Positions 42,441 through 61,013 of a stretch of 64,000 nt of DNA are shown piece by piece (the stretch's first letter is position 1; every line of letters begins with the position of its first letter). Under the pieces are notes generated by a model that had not been told where the DNA came from, searched no databases, and worked only from the letters and a program-made list of their open reading frames with translations. Location: NCBI RefSeq assembly GCF_009914755.1, contig NC_060927.1; one strand, given 5' to 3'. The DNA is from the human T2T-CHM13v2.0 reference genome, Homo sapiens. A program made the position numbers and the translations under genes.

Positions 42441-45174
42441 ATACGCGTTAATACATGTGAAAGCTTTTTTAAAAATTGTAAATCTCCACAATTTTTAAAA
42501 ATTGTAAGAAAAGCAAGGACTTTTTTTATTTTTATTAATCATTAAGTTATATTACATTTCAACATACTGCTTTAAAACTCAATAAATAAGTTTTAAATTC
42601 TCTTTTAAACTACTAGTTTCTTAAGTAATTGTTCATTTGATGTTGTCTACCAGTTGAGCAACTGGTACATTAACCAGAGCTGTAGATTGAGCTCTTTTCC
42701 AAATATTTAGATTTTGGGTTCATAGAGAAATACCTTAAGAGAATTGTCAAATGAGGAAACTGACATTCAGAAAGGAGAAATAAGTAAGGTATCTAAGATC
42801 ACAAGGGTAGTAATTGACTTACCAAATAATATAGTTTCAAATCCCTGACATTAAGTCAACTAAAGATTGGTCTTTTCACTGATGTAGATCTAGTCATTTT
42901 AGTCAGAAATACTCTTCTTTCTCCTATTTTCTCTCTAAAACCTCTGCCTTCAACCTTTGTTAGTCTCCCCATCTCTTTTTGTATTGCTTCTATCTGTGTG
43001 AGGGTTTGGATAACAAGAAGATAGTCTTCTTTCCTTTATATTTCCTTTATTTTTCTTCAGTGACTACTCAAAAATCTTACCCAGAATGGACACTAAATGA
43101 ATGAATTTCTAATTGTTTTGCAGCTTTCTCTTCTGTTAGGATCAAGTGACCAGTTCGTCTCTACCAAACCCAGGATGTGTTTTTGATTTATGTGATTTGT
43201 GGTTTTGAGTTATAAGTGGTTCCATAAGGCCAACTAGCAGCTAGAAAACAGTAAGTTTGGGACTGTAAACAGTTACAGGGAAGTGGAAGTTTTTGGTTGT
43301 TTTATTGTTGTTAATTCTTTGTTTTGTTGCCCTTGGTAGACAAAACTTAAGTGATGATAGAGCTTACAGTTGCTAATTTACCCAATTCCATGCTTTGCTT
43401 TTTGAAAGCAATTGCTGTGTTTCCCTTCAGGGGATGAGCTTTATTTACTCCTTCTACTCCAAAGCTGAGCTATAGGAATTCAAGTGGGGTCTGGAAATAC
43501 CATTGAAAAAAAGAGTTTTTTTGACCACCTTGGCAATGGCCAGTTGTTTCTTTCCATGGCCAGCCTCTTTGTTGTTTGTTGAGAATACTGTCTAAGAAAA
43601 TCCCCTCAAAATTAGAAGTCTCTGAAAACTATACAGATCTCAAGGGCCTAAAAGGGAATGTTATCATTTTAATTATTGTGCTACTTTCAAAATTATACTG
43701 TTTGTAATCATGGGTATTGAAAAAGCCCAGACATTTGAGTTTAATTATGTGCTTTGTAATCCTAAGATACAATCCTTTTTTCTCATGCTTTTATATACCG
43801 TGTTTCTCTCTTTTCTCCAACACTTAATAAGGCCAACCCAAGGGTATTAATTCCGGGAATGAGTAAAAATGGTGTTATTCTTTCTCAAAGCCTAGTCAGG
43901 TCAGTCCACAAGCATTCAGCCCTGCTCACAGTATGTATTTGAAGAATGTATCTTTGTTTAGAAAAGAAAAGGAAGGTTTGGGAAGAGTGTGGATTAATAT
44001 TATATGCTGCTTCCCTTTGGGCCTGTTTTTTCCCCCCAGTCCTTTCTTACCCTAGCAAATACAGTTAGGAGTCCTGGATTGCACATTGTAAGAACAAATA
44101 GGAATCTGCAGGCCTTCCTGGAAGGTCTGGGTCATAGCAGCTTCTTTGCTTCTTCTTCTTATCTTCTGCGTGGCACTAGCTAGTATGCCCCAGATAACAC
44201 AGGGAAGGAATTTGACTCCTTGACATCTTACATGCAGCCAAACACTTCAGAATGTATAGAACTTTCTGAATCCAGGTAGCATCTCACTCTGAATGTCAGA
44301 TGGATTTTTAAAAAATTTATTCCCCAAATAATTGTTTATGAGGAAATTTTTTGTCTCTCTAAGGTGCAGCCACGTAGAGTCACTTATTCTCTGAAGGGTC
44401 CCACCCTATAAGTGATATAAATCCTGATATTTCAAGGAATTTAGAAAATATGTTTGTTTTATTCCTCCTCCCTCCAGTGTGATACAGAATCTTAATAAGG
44501 AGCCTATGTTGCCTTTTGAATCATTAACTCTGAAGAAAGTTCAGGAATGTTAGACTTGGGAGATTAATAACTGTAACTGCAAAGAGAAGTCTTGTCTGTT
44601 AAAGAATTTGTGTGCACTATTGCATCACTCAGTATGTATGTGAGGCTTTCTATTTTTAACATTTTTAATGACAAGCTGCCTCCTTGGTTCTGTATGCCCT
44701 TCACCTTTGTCAGAATGAGATTGATAGTGAAAGTTTCTCTGCTGTTCTCATAAAAGTTGAATTAAGGGTCTTGATTTCGGTTTACTGTACTGCAGCATTA
44801 TCTCTCATTCATCTAGTGGTCTCTTCTCTGTTTCTGTTTCCTGCTCTGCCTGTATTCTAGCATGCAGGGCAGTTGGCAGGGACTGGCCATGCAAAATAAT
44901 AGCTGTTTCCAGAATAAGTCATTGAGTCATCTGAAAGTACAACATTATAGTGACATACCTGACTTCTCTATAATGCAGAAAAGGGAGTCATAATAACTTA
45001 AAGCATTGCACATTGCCAGAGCTATTTGAAATGACGGAACATGAATATTTTGACATCTAGTAGTAGCCTAGTGCCTCTTTGCCAGAAGATGCTAATGAAA
45101 CAAACATGGAAATCACTGCGGGATTACCAAGACTGTTTTGACTTTCTTTCAGGATAATCCCACTGGGTTTTTAA

Positions 45175-45410
45175 CTTGCAAATATCTGAATGCCCATCAC
45201 ATGGAGGAGGAAGCTGATTTGTTTGCAATAGAACTTGAAAAAATGGTGAAAACTAAAGATACTTTCTACCTTGGATTTCGGATTTGCTTTCTGATAATTA
45301 GAGATATCTCAAAAATAAAATGGACTTTCTGGAATGGAAAAGATAAGAATGTTTTATTGTCCTCGAGGCATTAGAATTGTAACCGTATTTGGCGAGAATG
45401 TTGAAGAGTA
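45175..45410 (+). mobile_element. L3/CR1 LINE 3' fragment
   Basis: 'aaatatctgaatgcccatcacatggaggagg..gatttgttt' and 'ctttctgataattagagatatctcaaaaataaaatggact' align by eye with the CR1/L3 ORF2 end. Confidence 0.55.
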
Positions 45411-45619
45411 GCACCATGCATCCTAGGGAATTTTTAAAACAATTAAAAGAGAATAATTATAAGTCAAAGTTATCAGGAAGGAAGGACAGATGTAATCTCA
45501 TTTCGCTGCATGATAGTAAATGAAGGTACATATAATATTTCCAAGAGAGAAAAATTTACTCAAAGTCCAAGAAATTCAGAGTAAATTCAAATGGATAAGA
45601 AGGTAAAAATGTAGTCTAA

Positions 45620-45911
45620 GGATTATAACTACTTCTGCCCATGCAAAAAGCAGTTATGTTTATAATCCCAGATTAAATTGCCCAGAAGTATCATCAGATC
45701 CCCTATCTGGTTCTCTTTAGAGCATGTTTCACCAACTGTAATCAAAGATTTGTTTTTATGACTGATTGATGTCTGTTTTCTCCCAGTACATTGTAAATTC
45801 CATGAAGACAGCAACTATGTCTGTTCTCTGTTTGAATCCCAAGCTCTAGTACAGTCCCTGGAGCATAATGCGGACTAACTTAACATTTGGTGAGTGAATT
45901 AATGAATGAAT
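45620..45911 (+). mobile_element. L2 3' end
   Basis: 'cattgtaaattccatgaagacagcaactatgtctgtt...tagtacagtccctggagcata...aatgaatgaat'. Confidence 0.8.
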
Positions 45912-47397
45912 ACATTGTGACAATTATAATGTGACAATAAATTATTGAGAGGTCAAGTCTCAAAAGGGAGGTCTAAGCTAATTAATTTTCTGAATGTGTA
46001 TGCAGTACTAGCTTATGTACAAAAATCTTTCTTCAGATGTGTATGAGTCAGCAGCAACTGGAACTTGGAGGTGGTCTTTAGACCCCAATGTCGGTATCTG
46101 TTCAAGTATTCTATTCGTACCTTATCAGCTGTCTTCCTTTTCCTGTGGTGGAAGGACTGCCAGTTTCATCTAAGTGGTTTGCCTCAGAGTTCAGGAGAAT
46201 AGCTCATTGGGAGTTCTGGTCAGATATTTTCAAACTCAAATGAGTAAGCTCTCTGAAAAACCTATACATAATGAAAAATAGTTTAAGATTACAGTGGTGT
46301 TTTGATGTGATCTGGAACAGTTCACCCACTCCTACTTGGCAATAAAAATAAATTATGCAATGGGACAGCCAACTGTTACAGCTTGGAAAACTGTTAAAAA
46401 CTCAAAATAAATACGTAGGTTAATGTCATGAAGTACTTGACCGGACAAGCATATTTTTCCAATTCTAAGGGTAGAAAGTGTCTTTGTAAACATTCCTACA
46501 TGTCAGAAAACTAAATAAAAATGACCTCTAGCTTCGAGGCACTTATTGGAAACCTATTTTACATTGAATACACAAGCCAAGATAATACAGACTGTTTGAT
46601 AAGAAACATTAGAGAAATCTGTAACATGAGGCTTTTTATTATAGGTTTATTACATCAATCTCTCCAGTGGGTAATGGAACTTGTAAATATACTCTTATGT
46701 AGGAGTCTCCTTGTGGGCTTTTTATTCATGCTGAAGTAAGCACAGCAAACTTATTTGCTGTCAGGGTACATTGAATTTAAGATTAGTATTTATTTTGGTT
46801 CTAAGGAGGTTTTGCGTTTGTGAATTGAAAGTTGGATCAGCTGCATGAAAACAAGATGGGACTACAGGGAGCACAGGAAGTAAATTAGTTTTTTCTAAAT
46901 ATGCATTCTGTAAACCTACGTATTTAGCTAGCATGGGGTGCGTATGCGCAGTTTCTCAGATGGGTGAGTCATGCATCGGATGTGTATGTTTATGGCTCTG
47001 TGGTTTGGGTAGAGATAGATATTCAAAATGGCATATTGCAGTTACTGTTTTCTAATGCAAATCGTTCTAGAGAAAAAATATATATGTTTATAAGAAAGAT
47101 TTCTTAACCTCTTTTTGACCAGTGACTTTCTTAATTTCAGTGGGGGCATATGAAATAAAACCCTCAAAATCATCAGCCACACTGTACCTTCCATATCATT
47201 GACAGATAACACTGACAAATTATTCCGGCTTGTTCTGACACCTGAATAGAATGTATCAGGTGGTAACTGAAGCCATGAGGATGAGTTGCCCATACAGAGG
47301 AAAGGATTATAATAGTAAATAGCTATGTTTTATGAATGACATACTAGATACTGTGCGAAGTGAACTAGATGTGTTATTTCATTTAATGCTGTGCTTA

Positions 47398-47722
47398 TGA
47401 GACAGCCAGGTCGGAGGGGGTACCTGGCAAAACTCCAGCCAGCCTGTGCCCTGGGGTGGACCCACAGGAAGTTCGCACCTTTTGCAGCGGGGAGGAGCCT
47501 GGCTGCTCCTCTTCCTGTGTGGAACCTGGGATTCGGCAGGGTGGGAAGTGCTCTGTCAGGGACTCTGGCCCAGCAAGAGTCCCTGTTTTCCTTTTTTCTT
47601 CCTTTCACCCAATAAAACCCTGTCTTACTCACACTTCAAACCGTCTGTGAGCCTAAATTTTCATGGCCATGGGACAGACAAGGACCCCATCATTAGCTGA
47701 GCTAAGGAAAAGTCCTGCAATA
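47398..47722 (+). mobile_element. MER61A ERV1 solo LTR inserted in a minus-strand MIR
   Basis: 'tgagacagccagg...ttgcagcggggaggagcctgg...aataaaaccctg...aaggaaaagtcctgcaa'; 4-bp TSD CTTA at 47394-47397 and 47723-47726. Confidence 0.85.
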
Positions 47723-48266
47723 CTTACATCACATGACTATGAAGGCAGGTACCATGGACACTCTCATTTGTCAAAGACGGAAAAGTAAAGCACACAGAGG
47801 TAATACGATTTACTGAAATTCACACAAATAAATTTAAAGTCTGTTCCATCTATGTTGTGTTGTTACCTTAGGATCTCACTTCATATTTGTGAAGAATCAT
47901 CCTTCCCATTTCCTTAAATACCCAAACCATGAGCATTTGTACCATCCTTTATTCCTTTTGGACATTTGCAGCAGAATGTCTATTTTGTTTAATATTAGCT
48001 CATAATCTGGGAAGTGAGTAGTAGTATTCACATTTTATCTGAAGTAAGTGAGACTTAGAGAGGTGGAGTGACTTGCCCAGGCCTGATTTACTGGGTCTTA
48101 GTTTCAAGCCTTTTTTTATAATGAAGCTCACTCTATCTCCAATAGAGCATGTTCAAGGTTCTAGGTCCAGAAAGGGATAAGCTGCAAATCATGAATCCAT
48201 AAGAATAAATACCTACTTGCATTTTTTTATGTGGACATGCAAATAACACACCCACACACACAAACA

Positions 48267-48267
<1 letters not shown>

Positions 48268-48314
<47 letters not shown>
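48268..48314. repeat. (CA)23 microsatellite
   Basis: Perfect run preceded by degenerate CA units from about 48246. Confidence 0.97.
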
Positions 48315-48317
<3 letters not shown>

Positions 48318-48485
48318 CTAACCTAATATTTCAGGTCTCATGAATTGTATTTGGTTTAAAAATACAGTGAGATCAGAAAGAATGCTCTGTTCAAAAAAAT
48401 CACATACTTTGTCTCATTAGAGACAGAATTGATACTCTTTATTGAAGAGTAAAATTCAGTAAGAACCTTCTTAAAAATAGGAGCA

Positions 48486-48836
<351 letters not shown>

Positions 48837-50834
48837 TTATAGGTATTACCCTAGTCTGCAGTGAGGTTTTTGTTCTCTTATGTCCTATAAAGATCAGTGA
48901 ATTCTAACGACTTTTACACTAATGTTCAAGTTGGTCCTTAATTTTATTATTTCCCTTTTCACTTATTTGACTTGGCTTTCTACATACCAGATGGTCACCT
49001 GAGCCCAGAGCCACATCTTTTCATTTGTTATGCTTTACAATTTGTCATAATATCTGGTATATTTGATATGGACAAATATTTGTTTGATTGTTTTCTTTTG
49101 ATGTGGTGATGTTTGAACTCATCCTAAATGTACACAATAGTTTTGAGAGACATTTTAAACCCAATAACATGTAAATTTCTTAAAACATTGCTCCTGTTCA
49201 GATACATCGAACTGGAAACCTGGTCAGGGATTGTGTGAACAGCTTCATTTTCTCACTATACCTTGTACATGAAATCCTATTTCTGTTTGTCTTTTATTGG
49301 CTTTTAAAATAGCATGACGATCTGATGCACAGTCACTGGGCTTTGGCAAATCTCTATTTCCTCCCAGCCACAGAAATTTACATTTCTTCCCAAGCTACTC
49401 TGACTGTGAATAATCTATGTGAGGAGTGACCTCAGTTCATTTGAAAGCATCCAACATCCTGAAAACTGTAAAGCCACAGCACGCACTGATTTCTCAAGGT
49501 CTAAGAGATGGTTTATAAATGATTAAAAAAAAAACTCTAATAGTATACTCAAAACATTTTTTAAAAAAAGAAATAGAGTTATGAGTCTGCAAGGACTTAT
49601 TTAAGAAAGACGTCCTAATATTGGGGGAGGTGGATTCACTGGCACTGTTATATCAACCAAGTATTTCATGTGTGAGGAGATAAAGCAGCAAACTACGCAA
49701 AATAAACAGCGTGTGTTCACCTTAGATATCTAGGACGCTTCACTTTGAATAAATTTTCTCTGCTTTTTTGAATCCAGAGCAATATTGTCTGTTAGACAAG
49801 TTCTGGGTTTTGTCTGCTTCAGGCCTGTCTTAACCCTGCCATTAATTGGCATATGTCCAGGCAATTAAAACTGTGGTATGGAGCAAATTAAAAAAGAGAA
49901 TTTAAAGCACCAGAGTCATTTGAAATTCCAAGGTCAAATGGAAATAACATTGAATTATCTTCTTTTGGGGATTATACCTGCCTCTATTTGTCTCCACCAG
50001 AGGTGATAATCTAGACTTTGGTTACCTACTCTTTGCATCCTCAAAACGGGAACACACAGGAATGCTTTTTTCCGAAGGCCAGAATGACAGATATAAGATT
50101 GAAGTTAAACACAACTGATGCCCAGCACGTCAGAGCAGGACAAAGAATCAGAGGCAATTTAATCCCACCTTTATGCTTTTGAAAGACAAAAGGAACTCAA
50201 GCCCAGAATGGCAAAATGATTTACTAAAGGTCATCACAACTAGGCACCCCTCTAATTCTGGTAATAATTAAAATCAACAATATTTATTGAACACTGACCT
50301 TTGCCAAGCACTGTTTCAAGCTCTTCCCATGATTTTTTGGTATTATAGTTAAGGAGCGGAGGTAAAGGGACAGTGAAATAAGTATCCTCTATATCCTACT
50401 ACTACCAAACAGTTTTTCTTCAGCTGAGCCAATAGCTACCATCTTCCAACTAATTCTTAGCCAGACTAAGATGACAAAGGAAATACACTAAGCATGATTT
50501 AGCTTTTTCTTATGTCTCCAGTTGTTGTTTTGAAAGTGTATTCATGGCAGGGAAATATCCCAAAGCCAGGCAGCCCCAAGGAGGAGTGCCTCTAGCATGA
50601 GTATTCCAGAAAGTCATCAACCTCTGAATACTTAAGTTGACCCTGTGATTTATGTATCTAGGACTGAAATAAAACATTTCTGACTTTCTATACAAGATTT
50701 TGCAATGTTTATATTAGTCAAGATCAGCTTTTTCCAAAACATGCTCGATGGATCACTCCCTTCTCAGGATGCTGTATAAGAAAGAAGCAAAAAAGCTGTG
50801 ATCAAATAATTTTTGTTTAAAAAAAAAAAATCCT

Positions 50835-51137
50835 GGCCAGGCGTGGTGGCTCGTGCCTGTAATCCCAGCACTTTGGAAGGCCGAGGTGGGCGGATCACCT
50901 GAGATCGGGAATTCAAGACCAGCCTGACCAACATGGAGAAACCCTGTCTCTACTGAAAGTACAAAATTAACCAGGCGTAGTGGCGGGTGCTTGTAATCCC
51001 AGCTGCTCAGGAGGCTGAGGCAGGAGAATCGCTTCAACCCAGGAGGCAGAGGTTGCGGTGAACCGAGACGCCATTGCACTGCAGCCTGGGCAACAAGAGC
51101 AAAATTCCATCTCAAAAAAAAAAAAAAAAAAAAAAAA
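50835..51137 (+). mobile_element. AluSp
   Basis: Sp diagnostics 'cctgaccaacatggagaaaccc', 'ggttgcggtg', 'gggcaacaagagc'; TSD A-tract+tcct. Confidence 0.93.
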
Positions 51138-51549
51138 TCCTGCATCATCCTGATGATGTTCATTATCATATAGAAATTTTAAGAATACCCGTAATAAATG
51201 TTTTTTAAGTCAGCATTTCCCAAATTCAGACAAACACAGAACCCAACCCCCTGCCACCTTTTGTTAAAAAATTCATGTTAACCTTCCTGCAGAGCAGATA
51301 TCAAGAAAGATGTGTGAGAGGAAATTTCATTCAAAAAACACTTATCAAGTGCTGATATTATAGCTGATGCTGGGTTATAGAGATCAAAGACCCAGTTCCA
51401 GAATTCATAGAGCTCACAAGCTACAGAAAGAGATAAGCTTGTAAATCACAGTTATAATACAGTTTAGTAATTAGTGTCATGCACAAAAATAGGGGATGTG
51501 GAGCTAGAAATTAAGATATTTCCCATCACCTTGCTGTTGAAGAGTAGTA

Positions 51550-51960
51550 CTGACTGCTATATTATATTATCCCTAAATTCAGAGGCTTAATTTACTAGAA
51601 ATTTAGATCTCACTCATATAAGATTCAATGGAGGAGAGTGGCAGCAACAACTATGGTTCATACAGTCATTCAGGGATGCAGATTAATCTTCAGTGTGTGA
51701 CTTTCCAGATGTCTTTGGACATCAACATCCAGCTGCTAAACAGGAAAAGAGAAAAGTTAAAAGGAACACTGTGCAAGATGCTTTTATGATCTAGGCCTGA
51801 GAGGATACATTTCTTTCACCTGTGGTCCAATGGTTCATTCATATAACTACAACTAACTGCGAGAGAGGCTAGGAAATGTGGGCTACTTCTGGGTCCTGCA
51901 AGGATGGGGAAAGGGTTTGGTAAGCAGCTAACTAGTCTCAACCTCAATGGGCAATATGAA
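51550..51960 (-). mobile_element. Old MLT1 LTR (I/J-like)
   Basis: 'cagtcattcagggatgcaga', 'aactgcgagagaggctaggaaatgtgg'. Confidence 0.5.
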
Positions 51961-52044
51961 CTTAGGCAACAGAAGGTATAGGGACCTTCCAGGCAGAAGT
52001 AATCAACTATCTGTTGACATAAAGGAAGGGCAATCATGGCACTA

Positions 52045-52467
<423 letters not shown>

Positions 52468-53034
52468 TTAAGGAGCTTGTATTTTACTTTTTCAATGATG
52501 GCGATTTATTAAAGAATCTAAAAATCATTGAACTAGAATCAAAAAAGTGAGTTAAGAGATTAATGGTATATAATAGGAATAGATAATGAGCTAACAAGTA
52601 ATTGATGGCATAGAATAGGGATGGATTCAAGAAGTACTGTAGGTAAAATATACATGACTTGGGGACCCAGTGAATGTAAAAAGTGAGGAAGAGAGAAGGT
52701 ACAGTCAAGAATATTTCCTGGGCATGTCTGGCTAGTTAGATATTGTTCTGATTTATTAAAAACAAGAGACATTGGGAAAGGAATTTGGTAAGTGGGAGGA
52801 ACTCATAAGGGTCTGAAGTATAGGAAGGAGGTTGAAACTTGAGGGTGGTCAGCATGTAGGTTTCCTTGAAGCATGTGGAATGAATGCAGTCTAAAGGAGA
52901 AAGAAAATCGAGGCATGCAGAGAGCTTAGAACAAAACCACACACCAGAATTTAAAGGGCTCAAAGAAGAATTTGTCCATGAAGAATCTAAAATGATAAAG
53001 AGAACCAAGGGAAGAAAGAATTTTTTAAAACAAG

Positions 53035-53500
53035 GTAGGAAACAACCCACATGTCCATCAGCTGGTGAATGCATGCATACAATGTGATATGTCTGTAAAA
53101 CAATACTATTCAGCAATAATAGGGAATAAAGTACTGATGCATACATATTACAACAAAGATGAACCTTGAAAACATACTAAGTAAAAGAGTCCTGTCCAAA
53201 AAGACCACATATTGTCTGATTCTATTTGTATGAAATGTTCAGAATATGCAAATCTATTGAGATAGAAAGACTAGTTGTTTTCTGGGGCATTGAGAGGTAG
53301 GTGGGGGTGGTTGGGTAGTGGGGAAAAGGGAACAAATGCTAATGAGCACAGGTTTTTTGCAGGAATTAGGAAAATATTGTAAATTTGATTGTGATGATGG
53401 CTATACAACTTTGTGAATGTACTTAAAACTATTGAATTATAGACTTTTTAAATAGGTAAATTGCATGGTGTATGAACTATATCTCAAAGCTATCAGTTAA
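53035..53500 (+). mobile_element. L1MB-type 3' end
   Basis: 'aacaacccacatgtccatca', 'gatgaaccttgaaaacata', 'acaactttgtgaatgtacttaaaact', 'tatgaactatatctcaa'. Confidence 0.85.
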
Positions 53501-56111
53501 GAAAACCAAAAAAGGAAAGTAGAACCAGTGAAGTTTGGGGTAATAGAAATACATACGTCTTCTAAGCCAGCTTCTGGAGGCAAAATTCAATGGCTTCTAA
53601 ACCAATCCTGTGATTTTCTTTTTTGGTCCAGAATTGCATTTGCATTTTTCTGTGGGAAACACTTCTACTTTATTTGCAGATGGTCACATTCTTAAGGCAT
53701 TTAGATCATCACCTATATTTTTTTTCCTTAAGTAAGTCTAGATTTTCTGTAAATTAGCATTGAATTTTATGATAAGTAAGTTGGAGAAGTTTTATATAGT
53801 AAATTTCTTTCAATATCAAAATTATCTTGAAGATAATACACTTAGCTATAAACATGTAACCTCCCATTATCCAGGGTTATATAGTCAATATCTAGACTTT
53901 CAGCCATGCCTGGGACCCAAAGTGAGCCCAGCCACATCTTATCAGAGGAAAGCATTTGTCATTTTACATTTAAATTCACATCTGAGGTATTCTCCAGGTT
54001 TTCTTGGAACTGCAGAAATATCACCGTTATACATTATTTAGTAACCAGCTTGCTTTGCAAAGGTCAGGTTCGTGTTATTCAAAGCGTGATGCTTAGTATG
54101 CGATGACACAAACAGATTTCTTGCTTTAAAGTAATAGAATGCGATGAGTGAAACCAACTTTCTTTGGAAGAAAGATGTCTCCTTTCCACGACATTTGATT
54201 TGTAAGTGGGTTTGGCTTCATTAATATTTAATTGTCTTTTTAATCTGTATGTCAGTTCTTATTGCAGACTGCTTCTGGGGAGGTTTTCCTCTGAAATACC
54301 AATAACAACCATTCTTCACTCTAACATCAAAACAAGGGCTCTCTCCGGGACACCTAGTTGTATTTCATCTCTAGGGATATAATTATTTTGTCGTTATCCA
54401 CAGTTCCTCAAGGGACTGATGATGTAGGACACCCTCCTTAAAGACCTTTATATGTCAAAAGAAGAACCTGATTTGTTAATGTTGCAAATACTAATTCAGA
54501 TGGTCTTGCATCATTCTTGTGAGTTGCCTTTTCTTAACCAGGCTATACAGAATTTGTACTTTTTTATTAGCACGTTAGTGGAGTTTGAAGCTGTTAGTTG
54601 ATCTTTTCAGGATATTTTCATGAGCTTTACTAGTTTAGGAAACAGTGCTTTTTCTGTGGGATGCATTTTGAACATTTAAATTCATTTTCAAACACAAATC
54701 AGAATAGGGAATGAAATGATAAACAACCCTTTATAAATTTTCAACTTGATCACCTATAGCAATAAAGCTACAAAAAGAACTCAGAATTAGTATCTCTGGA
54801 GATTGACATAGAGAAATTGAGATTGACATCTCTGCAGCAAGTTGAGCCTCTTTGTGAACTGGTCATTTTTATTTCCTGGTCACTTGGGAGAAACCTGGGT
54901 GAAAAAATTGGACATCTGTTTTTGTTTGTGATAGCAAATTCCCTATGGGATGAGCCTCACCCTAATTAGGGGACCACTCTTGGCCCTCTCAGGAGAGAAT
55001 ATAAGGGTAGATAAGGAGACTTAGGTTACCCTCTCAATCAATCACAGTGGGGCAAAATGGAATAATTTCACACATTTTCCTTTAGCTGGATACTTGATAT
55101 ATGAGAAAAAATATGGGGTATCCACATCCTAAAATTTTAACACTTCCCTGTGCTTACCAACGTGGCGTGTGGTATCAGTGGAACGGATGCTTTCATCTGC
55201 CTTTTTTCGAAGGTTAGTTGTGGCATTGCCTTGATTAGTCAAAGATTTTATCTCTTGGTAAAGGATATTATCGATTTAGATAGACACATTTTGAAGTTAG
55301 AATACAGCTTGTAATTATGAATGGGCGAAGATATCTGACCCTTAAAAAATTCAGACTCCCTAAGTTGTCTACGCAGCATGCAGGTTCACCTGCACTGGTA
55401 TCACACCCAAGCTAGCAATAGAACAAATTCATTTGACTTTATTTTATGACTTTTCCTAGAAGAGACATAACAATGAATCATCTTGTTATCCAAGCCAATA
55501 AATATGCTTCCTTTTAGATTTCTTAATTCAGTTTGCCAGCTATTTTGGGTATTAGAATAACGGGTTTCATGTCCTTGGGGGGTTTAATTTGCTTCCAGAG
55601 TCTTGTTTTTGTAGAATAGCTTAAGTCTTCATAGTCATGGTTTATGATTCTTCAAATAGGTCATTATAAGTAAGATCTGATTTTGAACTGGTATTAAGAA
55701 AATAGACATTGAAAAAAACTGTTTCAGGGAAAAAACATTTTCCTTTCTAGATCATAGTGCAATAAGTGGCTCTTTTATGATCACTGTTGATTTTTCCAAA
55801 GTAAGACATTACTGATTTATTTTATCTATGTTAGCTTTTTCTTCCAAAACAATTCCTTGATGTAATTTTATCATAAGGAATAAAATGTTCTTTTTTTATT
55901 TTTATTTTTTATTATACTTTAAGTTCTAGGGTACATGTGCACAACGTGCAGGTTTTTTACATATGTATACATGTGCCATGTTGGTGTGCTGCACCCATTA
56001 ATTCCTCCTTTACATTAGGTATATCTCCTAATGCTATCCCTCCCCCCTCCCCCCACCCCACAACAGGCCCCAGTGTGTGATGTTCCCTTTCCTGTGTCCA
56101 TGTGTTATTGT

Positions 56112-59938
<3,827 letters not shown>

Positions 59939-60001
59939 TATGATGTTAGCTGGTTAGTTTGCTCAGTAGTTGATGCAGTTTCTTCCTAGCCTCGATGGTC
60001 T

Positions 60002-61013
60002 TTACAATTTGGCATGTTTTTGCAGTGGCTGGTACCGGTTGTTCCTTTCCATGTTTAGTGCTTCCTTCAGGAGCTCTTTTAGGACAGGCCTGGTGGTGAC
60101 AAAATCTCTCAGCATTTGCTTGTCTGTAAAGGATTTTATTTCTCCTTCACTTATGAAGCTTAGTTTGGCTGGATATGAAATTCTGGTTTGAAAATTCTTT
60201 TCTTTAAGAATGTTGAATATTGGCCCCCCACTCTCTTCTGGCTTGTAGTTTCTGCGGAGAGATCAGCTGTTAGTCTGATGGGCTTCCCTTTGTGGGTAAC
60301 CCGACCTTTCTCTCTGTCTGCCCTTAACATTTTTTCCTTCATTTCAACTTTGGTGAATCTGACAATTATGTGTCTTGGAGTTGCTCTTCTCGAGGAGTAT
60401 CTTTGTGGCGTTCTCTGTATTTCCTGAATTTGAATGTTGGCCTGCCTTGCTAGATTGGGGAAGTTCTGGATAATATCCTGCAGAGTGTTTTCCAACTTGG
60501 TTCCATTCTCCCCGTCACTTTCAGGTACACCAAACAGACGTAGATTTGGTCTTTTCACATAGTCCCATTTTTCTTGGAGGCTTTGTTCATTTCATTTTAT
60601 TCTTTTTTCTCTAAACTTCTCTTCTCACTTCATTTCACTCATTTGATCTTCCATCACTGATACCCTTTCTTCCAGTTGATCGAATCGGCTACTGAAGCTT
60701 GTGCGTTCGTCACATAGTTCTCGTGCCATGGTTTTCAGCTCCATCAGGTCCTTTAAGGACTTCCCTTCATTGGTTATTCTAGTTAGCCATTCATGTAATC
60801 TTTTTTCAAGGTTTTTAACTTCTTTGCCATGGTTTCAAACTTCCTCCTTTAGCTTGAAGAAGTTTGATCATCTGAAGCCTTCTTCTCTCAACTCATCAAA
60901 GTCATTTTCCATCTGCTTTGTTCTGTTGCTGGTGAGGAGCTGCGTTCCTTTGGAGGAGGAGAGGCGCGCTGATTTTTAGAATTTTCAGTTTTTCTGCTCT
61001 GTTTTTTCCCCAT
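60002..61013 (-). pseudogene. L1 ORF1, frameshifted
   Basis: MGKKQSRK start at 61013; 'KRPNLRL...RATPRHIIVRF' in a separate ORF. Confidence 0.92.

Noticed and set aside
42467-42505. 18-bp palindrome acaatttttaaaaattgt with adjacent repeat
   Set aside because: Low-complexity slippage or fold-back product; no functional cue
43141-43236. Possible exon (ctgttag acceptor to aca|gtaagt donor)
   Set aside because: No coding signature I can recognise; such pairs are common by chance
47398-47722. p53-responsive MER61 enhancer
   Set aside because: No paired RRRCWWGYYY site seen in this copy
50753-51169. 138-aa ORF and similar ORFs at 9.5, 14, 15.6, 16.8, 19.5, 24, 26.3, 32.5, 36.5, 41, 48.6, 52 and 62.9 kb
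   Set aside because: Standard Alu-derived translation artefacts
53303-53330. Canonical G-quadruplex motif
   Set aside because: Lies in the usual G-rich tract of an old L1 3'UTR
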